Shown piece after piece: positions 11,956 to 24,066 of a stretch of 61,267 nt of DNA. Under the pieces are notes generated by a model. That model did not search any database, was not told the origin of the DNA, and saw only the letters and a program-made list of their open reading frames with translations. The stretch's first letter is position 1; every line of letters starts with the position of its first letter. The position numbers and the translations under genes were made by a program. This stretch comes from Asterionella formosa (lineage: Eukaryota), in the NCBI GenBank assembly GCA_002256025.1, contig NKIB01013256.1:1-61267 (forward strand), read 5' to 3'.

Positions 11956-13800
11956 TTATGAAATCCATATAGCGTCATCTTCAAAAGAATCAAAATCATC
12001 GTCGTCATGGTCACCGTCTTCAAAATCTCCTTCCTCGTCCAAGAGCTCCCAGTCACCCGACTCGTTGAAACCAACGAGTTCCTCCGAATCGATATCCAGA
12101 AATCCACCTTTGTCAAACGGTCGCCAAGAAGCTTCTCCTTGTTTCTCTTCAGTCGCCCCGCCTCCTGCCAAATGAAGGGCATCAGCCTGAAGCAGCTCTG
12201 GGGGAATGTAATAATTTGACAGGCCCGGCGAGAATTCAAAGTCATAATCGCTTACCATGACCAAATCACCTTCGTCGGCACCTCGTTGAGTCAATTGATC
12301 TGCAATGCCCAAGGCCTCTAGCTGTCGACCAAAACGCTCAACAGCTTCAGGATATTCCCAATGTGTCATTCTAGCTATTTGTTCAATGTAAGTTCCGCTA
12401 ATTCTCCACTGTCCGGGATATGCGGGATCGCTTTGAATTTCAAAATCATCACTGTCGAACTCCAAATCGTGAATGGAGAAGTCAATTTCAGGAGGTGGCG
12501 GCAAGGCAGCTTCTGGTTGTGACATGACAAACTTCTTTAAGCGACCCATCAACTCCTTTACATTTTCGGTTGTGGCAGCTGAAATGGGCAGTACACGAGA
12601 GTGCCCCGCGGCTTCCTTGAGAGCTTCTAATATATCGTCCTTCATCTCGGCAACTTCCGATACATCAATCTTGTTGACGACAACAACTTGGGGCTTTTGC
12701 GAAAGATATTCGTCGTAAAGTTCCAATTCTTTGTTGATGGTATGAAAGTCTTTGATAGGATCTGCCGATGTCCCATCCACAACATGTAAGAGCACCTTAC
12801 ACCGTTGAACATGACGCAAAAAGGAAGGTCCCAAGCCAGCTCCACTCGAAGCTCCTTTGATCAACCCCGGGATGTCACACAAGATGAGCCCAGCACCTTC
12901 CTCTCCAATATCACACACCCCTAAATTAGGGACGATTGTCGTAAATGGATAGTCGGCAATCTTCGGTCTGGCATTAGAGGCAGCAGCCAATAAGGTGGAC
13001 TTGCCAGCATTAGGTACTCCCAAAAAACCCACATCTGCCACGAGTCTCAATTCCACACTCAGCCAGCGCTTGGCTCCTGGTTCCCCTCGTTCTGCCAATT
13101 TAGGAGACGTATTTCGAGCTGTTTCAAAGGCAGCATTTCCACGTCCTCCTCGACCACCACGAGCGACCAAAAGGATCTCGCCATGTTCTCTCAATTCTCC
13201 AGCAATTCGTTGAGTTTTCAAGTCTCGGATCAATGTTCCAGGTGGAACTGGCACCCAAATATGATTTCCTTTTTGTCCATCCTTGTCTTTTCCAATCCCA
13301 TTTCTACCCGTTTGCGCTCGAACGTGAACTCTATTTCTCAATGGTGCTAGTGTATTCATGCCCTTGTCACATATCAGGTAAATGTTCCCCCCTGGACCTC
13401 CTCTACCTCCCGAAGGACCGCCCAGTGGCGCTCCCTTTTCTCTTCGAAAGGCAACGCATCCATTCCCTCCGTCTCCACCAGACACGTGCAAGCGGGCAGT
13501 GTCAAAGAATTTCCATTCCGGGTCGTCCTTTTCCGAACGACCCTGTGTGGACAAGGCCCGTTGGCGACGATCCGCTTGCGCCTTTTTGCGAGCAGCAATG
13601 GCCTCAGCCTTGTCGGCATCAAAGACGTTGACTTCCAAAGAGGAGGATTCAAGGGAAGCGCTAAAGAGAGGTCGGAGAAAGGATCGCGTGATGGGCAGGG
13701 TAAAGCATGTTACAGACGATACTGTTAGTAAGACTGACAGCAGGGCGATAGCTGTTCTACTCCTGGGGCTCGATTCTGTTGATGATGAAACGTAAATCAT
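11956..13800 (-). CDS. obgE: Obg/CgtA GTPase, probably plastid-targeted
   Basis: Gly-rich Obg fold (GGDGGNGCVAFRREK), GVPNAGKS, YPFTT, DIPG, NKID and a C-terminal DUF1967-like domain. The N-terminus has a hydrophobic signal followed by VTC-F. First ATG is at 13800; the ORF track starts at a TTG. Confidence 0.93.
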   Translation of the reverse strand: MIYVSSSTESSPRSRTAIALLSVLLTVSSVTCFTLPITRSFLRPLFSASLESSSLEVNVFDADKAEAIAARKKAQADRRQRALSTQGRSEKDDPEWKFFDTARLHVSGGDGGNGCVAFRREKGAPLGGPSGGRGGPGGNIYLICDKGMNTLAPLRNRVHVRAQTGRNGIGKDKDGQKGNHIWVPVPPGTLIRDLKTQRIAGELREHGEILLVARGGRGGRGNAAFETARNTSPKLAERGEPGAKRWLSVELRLVADVGFLGVPNAGKSTLLAAASNARPKIADYPFTTIVPNLGVCDIGEEGAGLILCDIPGLIKGASSGAGLGPSFLRHVQRCKVLLHVVDGTSADPIKDFHTINKELELYDEYLSQKPQVVVVNKIDVSEVAEMKDDILEALKEAAGHSRVLPISAATTENVKELMGRLKKFVMSQPEAALPPPPEIDFSIHDLEFDSDDFEIQSDPAYPGQWRISGTYIEQIARMTHWEYPEAVERFGRQLEALGIADQLTQRGADEGDLVMVSDYDFEFSPGLSNYYIPPELLQADALHLAGGGATEEKQGEASWRPFDKGGFLDIDSEELVGFNESGDWELLDEEGDFEDGDHDDDDFDSFEDDAIWIS

Positions 13801-15591
13801 TTTCAGAATGGTTGCAGATTCGCTCAACAATGCAATTCACAGGAAGACCTCCTCGTGTTTTTAGCTGTCACAATGGCTTCTTGGTGTCTCAATAATGATT
13901 AGACAATTATTAGTCTACCTGGTCCTTCCGATTACTTTGATGTCTACCTTATTAGCTACCGGTATAGTTTTTGTATTAGAAAAGAATTCTACTGCCATCA
14001 TCGTCGCACAATACGTTTAATGTGGTACTTGGTAGGCAGGTACAAATCAGTTGTTGATGTGGGTGCGTTTCAAAGAAAAGGCAGGAAAACAATCTGCATG
14101 TGGCATCTAACGACTGAAATTGACTGGTTCACGAGGAACAAGTTAGTCGAATGAGTCATTGTCAAATTAGAACCCAGAGTACCACCTTTTGGTCTAGTTT
14201 GATTACACTTTTTCCATGGATTTTGTTAGCCAAGCCAGTGTAGCTGCCTTCGATGCAACAATATTCGATTTTCCACCTTGTTGTAGTTCCACCTTGTGGT
14301 AGTTTACCATTGTTATTTGCCTTTCAAGTTTCTAATTTCATAACTATATTATTTAAAATAAGTGATGCTAGAGTCGTCTTATCCGAAGAATTAGGTATCA
14401 CCTTGCACTTTTTGGATGGTTGAGGCTGTTTTCTTGCTGTAGGTTTCATCATTGTTAATGAGATAGATGACCGTGATTTGCTTCATTTTGTAATGTGATG
14501 GAAGCAATTTCTGAAATATTCCATTCATTTACTCAGAGTGACTAAATGATTCATTTATTGCTGCTATACCAGTAGTACATTGTCTGTGGGGGTTAAATGC
14601 GACTAAATTTATATTAGAAAAAAGCTTTCATCACAAATGTTTTCATCACAAATGTGTAGGTGAATTTCCGGGAGATGCCGGCTCATTGGTATAATATTTT
14701 TGTTTTTGCCACTTTTGGGCTGATCGCTAGTTTCCGACACATTTATCTGATTATCTAAAAAACACAAGACCTAAAATCGACAACAAGATATGTTGCATCC
14801 TGCGCGACGTCAGAAACAACTTTATTGTACTAAAAATAGTTAGTTTTTTCGTAACTTGGAAAATTTAGAAAAAATCTACTTGTACACAGGCAGTGTGAGG
14901 CTATAACTTTTCGTTGACACAAATACACAGCTTTTGGGCCATTAGTCATGCCATCTTTTGTCTCGCGCCAGGCAGTCTTGTGTACCATGTCGGCCATCTT
15001 AACACCAAATAGTTATATTGTATTTCAAAGACAAATACATTAGTATCGATAGAATGGAAACCAACAAATTATTTCCCCCCTTTTCGAAGACAAATATACA
15101 TTGTATATACATACTTTTCACCAGCAGTCTCCTTGTCAATGAATAATCATCTTCATTGACAAGGACAACATCGCCTGTTCAAATATCATTGTCTTGTCGC
15201 TTATATGAACAAAACAACTGATTTGAATTGTAAACAGGATGGCTGTTCAAAGGGAATGTCGTGCCGGCTGATCAATTCATGCTGTGCAACAGGTGCATCA
15301 GACACAACAGCCAGCACAAGTGCCAAACTCCCGATTTCCGACTTGCTCTGCTTCCCTGCGGCTTTTGTTGTTGTTGCAGCTCAGTTGGATGGCATGTCCT
15401 CCATGTCTTCTTCTATGTCAGACCAATCTTCATTGACGCTTACTGTACCAGCTGAGCCTACTGAAAATGATTTCATTGATAACTATGATTTGGATGGAAA
15501 TGATAATGACTATTCATTTTTGGAAAAAATTGTTCACTTCCTTGGTGAATACATCGCCCCTGAACATTGACTAGTATCCTGCAAAGCTGTT

Positions 15592-16530
15592 TTGGTCTTT
15601 CATGCTGGCTCGAAAACCAGCAAGCTTGCATCTATGAACAAAACAGCAAAAGAGATGACTTGTCTATTGGCATATAAGCAGGCGATTGCAGCATTAGACT
15701 CTACGCATTTTTCGGTTGAATCCCGGAAATATTTTGCTTGCTCCTTTAAGAAAAAGGATGAACCAATGACCTCTGAAGCTCTTAACCGATACTATTTGGA
15801 TTCAAGGAGCAAGATGAAGTGTGCTCTCATCCCTTTGTTGCCAGTAAATTTTGTATCTATGAAGAGTGGCAAGGGCTTCCACGACACATGTAATGACATG
15901 CTGATTCAAGAGTTTAGAAAGGAATTGGCCTTGAACAGCAAGTTGAACCTCACCCCTCAGGAAATCGAAAACGATCTTCCTCCCCAATTCTGGGAATACA
16001 AGAAGAGCCCTTGGTATCTTACATTGACAGCTAAAAAATTTCGCAGGGACCCACAGTTGAAACCCAATGTTGTAGAGGTGCTTGGCGATGCAAGTAAAAT
16101 TCCACTCTCTCGAGCAGCTCGAAAGTGTGAAGATCAGAAACATTGTCAGCAGAAGTATGAAGATGATTGTGTGGATCGCAAATCTAGGAAAATCAAGCAT
16201 GAAAATACCTTGAGTAAACAAAGCATGGTGGGCAAAGCTACATGGAGCCAAAGCTTTGGAAGAGACTGCTAATGTGTTGTGTCTACAGGGCTAGCTGGAT
16301 GACATAGAGAAAACCTTGAACTTGTTGGACAGGATGAAGTCAACAATTACTGATTCAGAATATACTTCTCGAGTGTGAGCTGTGTTCAAAGCAATTCCAA
16401 ACCCACAAACATATAAGGCAGATGCTCAAGTGATAATTGTTGATGATGGGGACCAAGAGAATAGGTCACATTTATTATAGAAGTCTGGGATCCCAAGGAT
16501 GCTAACGATGAAGATTAAGTTAATAAACTA
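15592..16530 (+). pseudogene. Disrupted ORF, probable accessory (ORF1) gene of the adjacent Harbinger-like element
   Basis: Long, broken, CpG-poor ORF convergent with the transposase, matching the two-gene layout of PIF/Harbinger elements. No clear family motif was recognised. Confidence 0.4.
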
Positions 16531-16599
16531 TTAATACTAGTTTATACATAGTTATATTATCTTAACTGGAAATGGTTCATCAATGCCTGGGTGCGAGCT

Positions 16600-18100
16600 A
16601 ACCACTGCCTTTCCAAATCAGGACCATTTACTCTGTCTGCTAATGCCGCCTAGAAGGTATTATCATTGCACTCATAACATATCCAAAGACCAAAGCCCCT
16701 TGGATCATTATTAATTTTGTTCTTTAGTCGTTCCTTCCCTCCACTTGGATAGTTGTTACTTTGTCTGCTCATGCCGCCTAGAAGGTATTATCATTGCACT
16801 CATCACATGTCCAAAGACCAAAGCCCCTTGGATCATTAGTAATTTTGTTCTTTAGTCGTGCCTTCACTCCACTTGGATAGTTGGTTAGATCACTACTGAG
16901 GTATCCATCTTCTTTTAATAGAATATTATGGAGTATACAACAAGTGACAAATGCATTGTCAATGTGCTGTTGATGATGCATGTGGTTGAAAACTTTAAGG
17001 AATGCAAACCGTTTTTTCAGAATACCAAAGACTCCTTCAATGTCTTTGTGAACAGACTCAAGCATAGCTGACCACCTCATTGTCTGATTTTTAGCAAGTC
17101 CTGTTTTTGAAGGATGTACAAGACATGGCCAGCGAAGATATCCACCATCGCAAATAAGGTATAGCCCATGAAATGATTGATAGTTCCCTGCTCCGCTCAT
17201 TAGTACTGCATTCCATACTTTTGAGTGTAGCCATCCATTGCCTTTTAAAAATTTCAGCACTGCAACATCGGTTCTGACTATGTGTTTATCATTTCTAGCT
17301 CCAGGATGGCCAGGTGAAACTGCCTGAATGAATTTTCGGCTTGAGCAGATGACCTCATATGCAATGGATGGAAAACCCTCTTTTGCCTGTGTACATGTGA
17401 AAATATTGACTAGGGCACTGGTCCCAGCCAGTGTGAACACAATCAACTGAACCAACACATCCAGGGAGTCCCATGTCACGGTATTCATTGACCAAAAAAC
17501 TGTATTGTTCATCATCACTTGGCATCGTGTAGATGAAGTCATATTGAAGTGATGCCATTTTCTCTGTCCAATTGATAAAGAATGAGCGATGTGTTTCTTT
17601 ACTCAAATTTGTGTTCATACTGACAACAAAATGAGTAGCAGCTGTCCCAAGTTTAAATAGAGCTCCAAGTAGTTTATCTTCCAAGTCGCCCACGGGAAGG
17701 CCACAACAGTCAACTTCTTTGTTGGCCTTCCATGATGGCCACCATTTTTCAACAGCTAAATCAAGAAGCTGATCTCTTAAAACGGAATAAGGGATCCTGA
17801 ACATTCTCCTGAATCTATTCGCTTCTCTTCCATTTGGTTCAGCCAAATATAGGGCCTTAATGGAAGGGTCAAGAAAAAGTGTCCACCAGTTGCTTGATTC
17901 TTTGGATTTCCTCTTGTATTGTGTTCTGTAAAACTTGCGCTTTTCGAATGTGTAGTCCTCTCCACCAGAAGAGAGTGACGACAGGATAATGCTGTCATCA
18001 TCACTGTTGTCCTTGTCCCCCTCATCCTTTTCACTTTCATGAATGATGGAAATAGCTGCATAATAGAGATTGACGCCAATTGATTCAGCAAGCTTATTGC
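16600..18100 (-). mobile_element. PIF/Harbinger-type transposase (Plant_tran/ALP1-like), frameshifted
   Basis: Motifs FRRMFRIP, GLPGCVGSVDCVH, PGARNDK, ICDGGY..WP and LESVHKDIEGVFGILKKRF. An extra A at 17381-17384 breaks YTGKEGFPS across two frames. Confidence 0.9.
16634..16887. repeat. 128-bp tandem duplication at the transposase 3' end
   Basis: TGTCTGCT..ATGCCGCCTAGAAGGTATTATCATTGCACTCAT...CCACTTGGATAGTTG occurs at 16634 and 16762 with a few substitutions. Confidence 0.92.
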
Positions 18101-18362
18101 TTGCGCTGCTGCCTCCTGCCAGTAGAGAAACAGATGATGGAATGGTGGGCAAGGACGTAAGAAGTTTGGAGAAGAGGCAACTCAGTGAAATGAAGCAACA
18201 ATCATGAATGCAACAGCAACAGAAGCAGATGAAACAACAAATTCTGTAATAAAGTACCGGTAAGTGTAGCAACTATACTACATACATATATATACTATCA
18301 TGCAGCAACACAACATTTCTACTACATGTTAGTCTAAAACTAAAATCAAATATTCTATTTGA

Positions 18363-18439
18363 TTCTTGTGTGGCCACACCGTAAACATTGGAGGACACGC
18401 AGAACTGTGTGTCCTCCAATGTTTTTGGTGTGACAAGAA
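18363..18439. repeat. Long inverted repeat / hairpin upstream of the transposase
   Basis: AAACATTGGAGGACACGCAG-AA-CTGTGTGTCCTCCAATGTTT core, extended by CACACC/GGTGTG and TTCTTGT/ACAAGAA. Confidence 0.85.
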
Positions 18440-19975
18440 ATATGGTTGTTTGTGCTGTGTATTGTATTGGATAAGGTGACACACACAATGAAATTTGATG
18501 CACAGACACAAAAAGCACGTATGTGTCTGTGTTTGTGTTGCGCTAAGAAATAGCCTAAATGTTATATCTTTCTTTAGTGGCTCAAAGCCATTTTTAACTG
18601 GTTTATACTGGCATGGAGAAAACGCTGGCGAAGTTGGTTTGCTCATGCATAATGTTTGACGATCAAAAAAGGTCCAATGCATGTCATGTACTCCCCTTTA
18701 AGTAAAATCAATCGTGGCTGTGTACATTGAGGGGTACAAGAGACCAGTTTTTACGGTACCCCTGGTACCCTGATGCCGCGTACATTAAGTAAAGTGATAG
18801 AAATGCTAATGGGCAGTCGTTCAGTTGAATTTACTACTGCCGGCAATAGTTTTTACTTTTGCCTCACCCCGTTTTGAGAAAGTCGCCCAGTACATGACTG
18901 ATGGTACCAGGTACCGGTACAAAATGAAAATGGTAATAGATCCGAGATCGGAGTGTTATTTATCATGTACATTTAGAATTTTGCGCTGGTGGAAACTATC
19001 TTCGTTTGCCCTTCAATCTTCGGAATACAAAAGGATGGTCAGCAACATCTGGGGTCATCCTCAAAATCTTCGACCGGTGTAGACGATGCATATTACTTCT
19101 ACAGCGGGGTTCGCAAAGAGTGCGAGGGAAACCCGGCAATGTCGCTGACCATGATGCAACTGTTGTTGAAGTGCGGGAGTAGATATTTTTTTTGCATAAG
19201 CAGCAAGGAGCACCTGGTAAGCTACCTGGTCCCTGATAGTGGAGAACGGTACACTTCATTGAAGGTGACCGGGACTGGTACCAGGAGTGCCTTCTAGTAA
19301 GGTTTGAGATTCACCCTGACATTCTTCATGCATTTCCTTTTACTTGAAGACCGACTATTATATACTTCAAGTTGTAGCCATCATGACTCCACAGGAGCAT
19401 GATACCCTTTTACCGTTTTTTGAATTTTTATTACACTACGGGGCACCGGTACACCATCTAGTATTTATATCAATGAAACGTACATAGGGAGAATTAAATG
19501 AATTCTTTCCATGTGGATATGAACATACATACATAAGTAGAGGTACATGTTTGTGTGCGTCTACCAGTAGACTACCAGGTACCTGGTACCAGGTACCGTA
19601 CTTTCGTTGGTCGTTGAGTTGTCTCAACTCATCAGAAGTTGAAAGAAGGGTGCTGTACGACCGCTACATGTATTATTTCTGATCCTCCATTGCGTGCTTC
19701 TGTTGCTCGTGTAGATACTTCAGAGCTTTTTTTCTGTTGGTCAATACCTCAAAACAGTCCACTCCGCCCTGACTAAACACAATATCGATCAGCAGAGACT
19801 CAACTAAATCCCACCATTTTCTTAAAACTGTGAATTGATCACAAAAACTGTCATGAGACGGAATCAGATAACTGACAATAACCAAAATATTTGAAAAGAG
19901 AATCCATAGAACACCGCGAATCAGAGCCAATTCACTTATTCGTCTTTGTTTGCTGTATCAGGGTAAAATACCAAG

Positions 19976-21598
19976 ATGCCACTACTGGATGATTTTGCAG
20001 TCGTATCCTTTGTTGATGTTGCTAACAAAGACGAGGACCAACACCAAATCCATTACGGTAGTTCACATACTGAACATCGTCGTCGAGATGGTACAGCAGC
20101 AACAACATCAACCGCAAGACATTTATCTGGCCATCAGTTCCATGAGTCATCCGGTTCCGCATCTACTACTATAAGTTGTTCTCATCGAACGCGATCATCA
20201 CTTATGATGGGATCATCATCATCAACGATAACGAAGACAATGGAAAATGACGACGACTTGATTCATGGCGATTTGGAACTTGCCGATGCATGGTCGCAGT
20301 GTGAGTGGTACAAAGCACAACATGAGCGATTGCTGACGGAATATAAAGAGTTGCAAGCGTTGTGTGAACAATTATTATTACAAAAATCGTCACTTGAACC
20401 GAAACAAACCAGTAACGCGAAAGGGGGATTCTTCATGAAAAAGTCAATAGTATCAGAGCCATTATCAATTTTAAACAGATATACCGGTACTCCAACCGAA
20501 GAGCCGCAGCTTATTTACGAGGATTCGTCGCAGCAAGAAGATGTATCATTTTATGAGGATAAAAAATTATCACCTCCTCGTGTTGAACTCCAGCAAGAAA
20601 CTGTGAAATTACCATGGTTATTACCGCGAAATCAAAAAACTAGATTGCAGCCATCACTGACAGAGGACCAGGTTATTGTTATTCCATCAAATGGAGATCA
20701 TCGACTGAAAGCAGATAACACATATCAAAATGAAAGTGAAGTAAAGAAACACGCGCAATCTGAAAACACGAGATTACTCACTTTGTGGAATCAGAACTTG
20801 TTGCAAAACGTCAAGGAAGACGAATTAGCACTCCCTCATCAACAGAAACAATGTAATGACGAGGATTTCAATTTGACAGGAGTGCTGGGGTGTTCCAATG
20901 ATGAAACAATCTTACCAATTTCCATTGATGATGACGATGATGACGATGATGCCATGCCAGTTGAATTGGATGGAAATTCGGTTGTTTTGACCGATGACGA
21001 CTCCTATTTGACATCACGTCTGCCACGAAAAGTCGGACGAAAAGATTCAATTGTAACTATTGCCGAAGCAAATATCGACATGACTGCACATGTCTCCAAT
21101 GTGGTTGTTCCAATACATCAAACATTTGACTCCTCACAAGGGAACGAGACACTTAATGTCGTATTAGACGACAATTCCTTGCAGAAAGAATACGATGATA
21201 TCAGTGTGCTTACGGACGCTGTATCCATATTCCCACACATGCCATTGAACCAAAATATAATGATGAGACGATTGTCAAACAAACTGGGCATGTCTGGCCT
21301 CATTTCCATTCAGGGATCCCAGTCGACTGATTGCGGTGTGTTGTCCCCTCAAATGAATCGGTGTGCACCAAGACGAAGGTTCTCCATGGAATCGGATTCA
21401 CATCGGATGATGCGTCGTCGATCCTCGGTGGTTGGTCAATTGACAGACATGAGCCTCAACGACACGCATGAAATGCACGAAGATACAGATATTGCAGTAG
21501 CGACAACCATAGATGATAGCAAAAAGGAGGGAAAAGACTCATTGTCATGGTGGACCAAGTTGACAGGAACATCTCTTGGTGTCAATCCGACACAATGA
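19976..21598 (+). CDS. Hypothetical, largely disordered protein with a short coiled coil
   Basis: 540-aa uninterrupted ATG-started ORF with gene-like composition and a poly-Asp tract. No recognisable domain. Confidence 0.7.
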   Translation: MPLLDDFAVVSFVDVANKDEDQHQIHYGSSHTEHRRRDGTAATTSTARHLSGHQFHESSGSASTTISCSHRTRSSLMMGSSSSTITKTMENDDDLIHGDLELADAWSQCEWYKAQHERLLTEYKELQALCEQLLLQKSSLEPKQTSNAKGGFFMKKSIVSEPLSILNRYTGTPTEEPQLIYEDSSQQEDVSFYEDKKLSPPRVELQQETVKLPWLLPRNQKTRLQPSLTEDQVIVIPSNGDHRLKADNTYQNESEVKKHAQSENTRLLTLWNQNLLQNVKEDELALPHQQKQCNDEDFNLTGVLGCSNDETILPISIDDDDDDDDAMPVELDGNSVVLTDDDSYLTSRLPRKVGRKDSIVTIAEANIDMTAHVSNVVVPIHQTFDSSQGNETLNVVLDDNSLQKEYDDISVLTDAVSIFPHMPLNQNIMMRRLSNKLGMSGLISIQGSQSTDCGVLSPQMNRCAPRRRFSMESDSHRMMRRRSSVVGQLTDMSLNDTHEMHEDTDIAVATTIDDSKKEGKDSLSWWTKLTGTSLGVNPTQ

Positions 21599-22249
21599 GA
21601 GGAACGAGAATCCCGCAAATCGGGCAATAAGAGTGTTTCTAATGATAATTACCAAGTTTAGTGCCGAGTCAGTTTGTTCTAAATAAATGTGTAGCTCTTT
21701 CTTCGACATGACGATAAACCACATGCATTAACAGGTAGACTATTGATTTCACCATCCTCAAATAGAAGCTCTTGCATACACATATCCACTAGCTGAATGA
21801 TAAGCCATGTTTCGTTAAATGTAGCAGATTTACTTCTCAATATGCATGTATCTTGTTGAGAAGCGATTGTGGCAAAATCTTCGAATTTCTAATTCGAGAA
21901 ATTTCATTGCCTCCTTACAAGTCCCGCAGATTAAATAAAGAGGCAATCCATAAAATAAATCACCCAATCTCGTGAATTGATATTTATTTCCTAAATGAAA
22001 ATATGGTAGTAGTCTCGTTTGTATGTAGATTGATTGTAATTATAATGAAATTCATTAGCACTCAACATTGCCATTGTCGTCATTTCTTTTGTTGTAAGCA
22101 TTGGCCTTCACATCGGCCTATCTCCTTTCTCCTTTCCCACCACCACCACCACCATACCGTCGCTATGGCGGCTCAAAGACCAACTGAATACTCGACTGAG
22201 AAGAAGCATTCCTTTTGCAACTAAGTTCAATATTGGATAGGTGGTCCCA

Positions 22250-23150
22250 TTCAAGCCACATGCTTTGTAGTTTGGAGATTACCATTATATTTGCTGCTGA
22301 TTCTAAAATTCAACACAGGTTTGCAGCTGGGAAAGAGAAGAAATTTCGAGATCAAGGAATAGCCATCAACCTTTTAATATACTGATTTTGCATTCAATAT
22401 CTTTTCTAACAGGCTCCATCATCATACCCCATGCACTTTCTTTTCCATGTTCATTGTCATATTTAATTGGACAAATCAACACTGGCCATCCCAGGTACTA
22501 CTCTCCATCACATGTAAAATGGTAGCCTTTGCATGTTACAGATGAATTCACAGTGAGCACATTCCACTCTTGCCTGCCAAGAAAACATCTTATTATGTAG
22601 ATTGGAAACAGCAGCATCAAACCTGCCTATGCTGTGTTGTCGTTTCTTGTTCCTGGATTTACGTAGCTGATGGACAAAATCTTCCTTGTTCGGTGATCAG
22701 AAATCGCCTCAAAATAAATGATGGACACCCTTTGGAACATGTAAATATATTCTTCTGGAAGGAGTGACATCGATTTAACCGAATGCGCACACAATCGACT
22801 GAACCTATACACCCTGGAATCCCAAGGGATCTGTTATCATTAAGAATTCGTTGCTTCTGGTGGTCATTCTCTTCCCCTTATTTTCTCACTATGTTTACAT
22901 ATTCATCCTACTTTTCTGCAAATTTTGTAGTCCAGTGAAAGAAAAATTCGTGGTTCACCTCTTTGCTGGAGATGTCAGTTTGAATGAATACATACAAAGG
23001 GGAAGCACCAGTTGCTAGAGTATAGAGTACACCCAGTTGTAGTAGTAGTAGGAGCAAGTCGAGATGATCCTTGCAGAGAAGATTGGCGCAATTTTTCTTT
23101 GGTGGACCATACCAACCGTTTGAGATTGTCATGTCATATAGCACTCTGAA
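22250..23150 (-). mobile_element. Second, more decayed Harbinger/Plant_tran-type transposase relic
   Basis: Minus-strand translation gives LGVLYTLATGAS...EVNHEFFFHW, LGIPGCIGSVDCVRI, YLGWPVLICP and MMEPVRKDIECKISILKG, collinear with the element at 16600-18100. Confidence 0.8.
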
Positions 23151-24066
23151 TATGATAAATGGAACCCGAAAATCCTAAAACTGAAGGATGACAAGCAGGA
23201 TCATAGCAGCTGCTGGGAGGAGAGCAACAAAATGTCATCGTACTTATGTTGAATTGCAATTTTGTTGTTGTTGTTGTTGATTCTTGAACTCACTCAGCAA
23301 ATCTTGCTCACTGCCTGCAGACAATCAATCTGTGGTGGGCCAGTTTGGGAAGAATGAAATGTGGCTGGATCAGACTAGCTATTGGTGGTAACAACTGGTA
23401 GGAGTGGTACCTGGCACCTGGACTGCTACCTGATACCATTAGTCTATGCATACCAGGCATCAACTTGTTATCCTATACATATTAGCTACACTGGCAATCA
23501 AGATTTTGTACCAATAGTAAAGTAGTAGTAACAAATTGTGACTTCTGTGATGGAGATGATTGGCAGAGGCAGAGGCAGATGTGTAGGCTTTTCACATCAC
23601 CAGAGGGAAAACTGTCAAGACATCCAACTCATACTAGCTACAAGCCAATATGTGTGTTTTAAATCACTCCTAACAAGAACTCAGTAATAGTTACATAGCT
23701 GCAGGTAAGGAGTACCCTTACTATTTATGCATAACTAATATGAGAAAACATGATCATAAGGAATAAAATGCAAAAACTAGAGGTGCTCTACAAATCTACC
23801 AGGTACCAGTAGCTGGTACGTTGAACTGAATAGAGTACCTGGTACCTATCGACTATTTTCTAATATTAGCTACAACATAAATATGATGATACATTTTAGT
23901 AATATGATACGAGATTTTTATACAGAACGGTAGTATGCCGGTGGTATGCTTGAGTACCCGTAGGTATTTCACAACCATCATCATAAGGGAGCTTGATATG
24001 ATAGGCAAAATGTATCTCGTCAGCACCAAATATCGGAATTGCAATTCATTGGCAGTGTCTCTCACC

